Shown piece by piece: positions 62,886-64,000 of a DNA stretch of 64,000 bases; the stretch's first letter is position 1, and the number at the start of each line of letters is the position of its first letter. Source of the DNA: Lama guanicoe. Lineage: Eukaryota. The position numbers and the translations under genes are program-made. The notes under the pieces were generated by a model that saw nothing but the letters and a program-made list of their open reading frames with translations, was not told the DNA's origin and ran no database searches. The stretch covers positions 8,590,358 through 8,654,357 of the forward strand of contig MU054187.1 in the NCBI GenBank assembly GCA_013239625.1, read 5' to 3'.

Positions 62886-64000
62886 CTTTTTGACAGCAAT
62901 GATTTCAGGTAGTGTCTTGGCATCTATTCCTTATTCATTAATAAATTCATTGTTCATTATTAAAAAGTACCTATGGAAATTTTTTAAAACTATTTTTCTG
63001 CAGCATTTAAAGTAAGGAGATTATTTTAAAACTCTCCAGCTTCTAGTTTTATATTTACTGCTCTATTTTAGTTACATCATATTACATACAGAAGGCTGGA
63101 CAGGTCAGACATTTAAACAGCTTGGCTCCTCGTAAGGCATTCAACTCTACAAGAGAAGCTGGACTATTTCTTAAAAATCAAGCTCCATATTATCCTTATT
63201 CTGTTATAAATATAAGACCCATCGACAAACATTGTTAGGTCAGCATTTGATATTGGAGTGTCCAAAAATTCTATGCTGGGCGTGGACACTTGAATTAAAG
63301 AAATATAATGAAGGATTGTTCTCTACTGAGTAAGGGTTATGGGGTTGCTAGATTGTTAGATCAGTGGATAGTAATATAGGGAAAGTTAATAATAATTCAT
63401 AATTAGTTAATCAACTAGTATAAAATGTTGAATGGTTTCCAGTAGCAATAAGAATTCCCTACACGTGACTACATTAGATTTTCAAGCCTAGAATAGGTTC
63501 TGAAGGTGCTTTCCACTGATTTAGTTGATATCATAATTGTTCTGAGGCAAGAGGTCTGAGCACTGGCTGCTGAATTAAGAGATAGGCTTCATAATTGAGG
63601 ATTCTTCGATGTGTGTCATGCTATTAAGTTATTGGCTGAACTTGTTCATGTTTGTACAGAAAGAAAGGAGGAATCAATAATCCAGGAGGAATCAATTTGG
63701 ATCAGTAAAACCTCTACTCCGATTAATCTGCCTTTGTCTGTGGTCTTTTACCAGTAGGGATTCTGAGACCATAACTATTTCTTTGGTAATTTCTTGAGTC
63801 ATATTTAATGAAAGTGTATTCATTTTCATAGTCTACAGTCTTACATGTATAAAAGCTTCAGAACATTTTGTCTAGAAGCAGATGCTTCCCTTTCAATATG
63901 TAGGTGTTTTATCCCAAAGAATAAATAAGTATTCCTTTGATAATGATTTCAAATATCCATCTCAGACGAGGTCATAGAATCGTTAGAGATTTTCACTACT

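Noticed and set aside
1..64000. ORF-track entries (60-159 aa) as host genes
   Set aside because: None resembles a protein family I recognise; lengths fit chance in mammalian non-coding DNA; many lie in repeats or use non-ATG starts

Overview
This is AT-rich, CpG-poor mammalian non-coding DNA (intergenic or deep intronic). It is very probably from a camelid (camel/alpaca/llama), because it carries a tRNA-Ala-derived Vic-1-type SINE and a camelid-type L1 3' end. I recognise no host protein-coding exon, and the ORF track is explained by chance or by decayed transposons. A large fraction of the window is old eutherian repeats: L1M/HAL1, L2, MIR, MLT/LTR16/LTR33 LTRs, and MER2/MER5/MER53/MER58/Tigger1 DNA transposons. 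The largest structured feature is a decayed minus-strand gamma-like (ERV1) provirus with 3' LTR, polypurine tract, env and integrase remnants (about 16.6-20.7 kb). Other notable signals are a ~175-bp micro-inversion inside an L2 bounded by 7-bp inverted repeats, a perfect 71-bp tandem duplication, several nested insertions with readable TSDs, and repeat-poor stretches with homeodomain/E-box/octamer clusters that look like developmental enhancers. I found no convincing novel biological system. Repeat family names come from recalled consensus sequences and need RepeatMasker/Dfam confirmation.
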